Origin: Acanthaster planci
Taxonomy: Eukaryota
DNA length: 64,000 nucleotides
NCBI RefSeq assembly: GCF_001949145.1
Contig: NW_019091361.1
Span: 853,452 to 917,451, forward strand
Reading direction: 5' to 3'
Below, in pieces: positions 63,065 to 64,000 of this stretch (its first letter is position 1; every line of letters starts with the position of its first letter). The position numbers and the translations under genes are program-made. The notes beneath the pieces are model-generated. The model was not told the DNA's origin, did no database searches, and worked only from the letters and a program-made list of their open reading frames with translations.

Positions 63065-64000
63065 GTGAGATGGATTTACATAGATCGAATAGTACTTCTG
63101 TTATCGGTCTAAGGTGGTGACATTTTCTCCTGCACGCCGAGACTGGCAGCTGTCTTGTTCATGTTGGCACTGTGCTGCAGGTGTGCTGGCTAAGACAAAG
63201 TCTCATAGAATTAGGCTACATCTGGACTATTTGGCGACAGTAGGCAATACTGTGTGTCGCTGCGGAAGCCATTGGCCAATCGATGGCTTTTAACATATTC
63301 CATAGGTATGCATGTAACATCTAACCGCAGCCGAGCATTATGGACACAGTCATTCAGGAGAGCTGGAGTAGCTAGATTTGGAGGGTGGAGCTTGTTTAGA
63401 CGGCTTCCTATCCTATTCACATAATTGGAACTGAATTATGTCAGGTTCACAAGTGAGAATGCATATACCTATACACTGTATGCAAAACTTTATACTTCAT
63501 GAAAAAGTGGAGGTGATTTCGCCGAGCTGAACTGTATTCAACTTCTGCAAATTTTAGCTATGAATTTGGATTTGAAGTCCCAAATTTTACATTTAAATCT
63601 TCAAGTTGAGAATAAACTGACATTAATGCTAGACAGACTTGCCCGCCTAACTTTGCTGTAGAGAGTTATTAAGGTATGCTGACATAGGCATTTTTGAGTT
63701 TCATGAAACCAATGTCTGATATTTGTAATGATGTATTTTCATGCAAATGAGTAAAATGAGCGAATTTTAGATAAACATAATAGCCAAACGTTGTCACAAA
63801 GTGGACATTTTAAGCCATTTCCCACTTACTTTGTCTTCCATCGTTAAGCACAAGTTTTCTCAACAATATTGCTAAGGATTACAGCCAAACTGCGTAGTTA
63901 TTTGCCATGGGGCTTGGATGGTAACCGACCACTGGAACATTAAGAAAGAAACTGCCTTTGTGATTGCCTGCCCAAATGAATTAAGTGTGATTCCATGTTT

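Overview
Eukaryotic, intron-rich animal DNA with three N gaps. An invertebrate deuterostome, probably an echinoderm, is inferred from gene content and repeat style and is not proven. Gene order: a decayed Penelope-like retroelement; two tandem 3-exon class A GPCR paralogues of kisspeptin/galanin-receptor type (+); an 11-exon LIV-1 family ZIP zinc transporter (+) in which three introns appear to use GC donors; a 3-exon C5orf63-type glutaredoxin-like gene (-); DNA polymerase iota (+, 9 exons); a truncated piggyBac remnant; gluconokinase IDNK (-, 5 exons); and, head-to-head with IDNK, a FRMD3/FRMD5-type FERM gene (+) that runs out of the window. Many MITE, SINE and LINE fragments lie between and inside these genes. 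The most intriguing feature is an intact, intronless, stand-alone DIRS/Ngaro-type RNase H ORF whose ATG lies 101 nt after the stop codon of the glutaredoxin-like gene on the same strand. It keeps all four acidic catalytic residues and has a mitochondrial-presequence-like N-terminus, making it a candidate domesticated transposon nuclease on a bicistronic mRNA. All exon coordinates were derived by hand from splice signals and reading-frame continuity; family assignments are from recalled motifs, not database searches.
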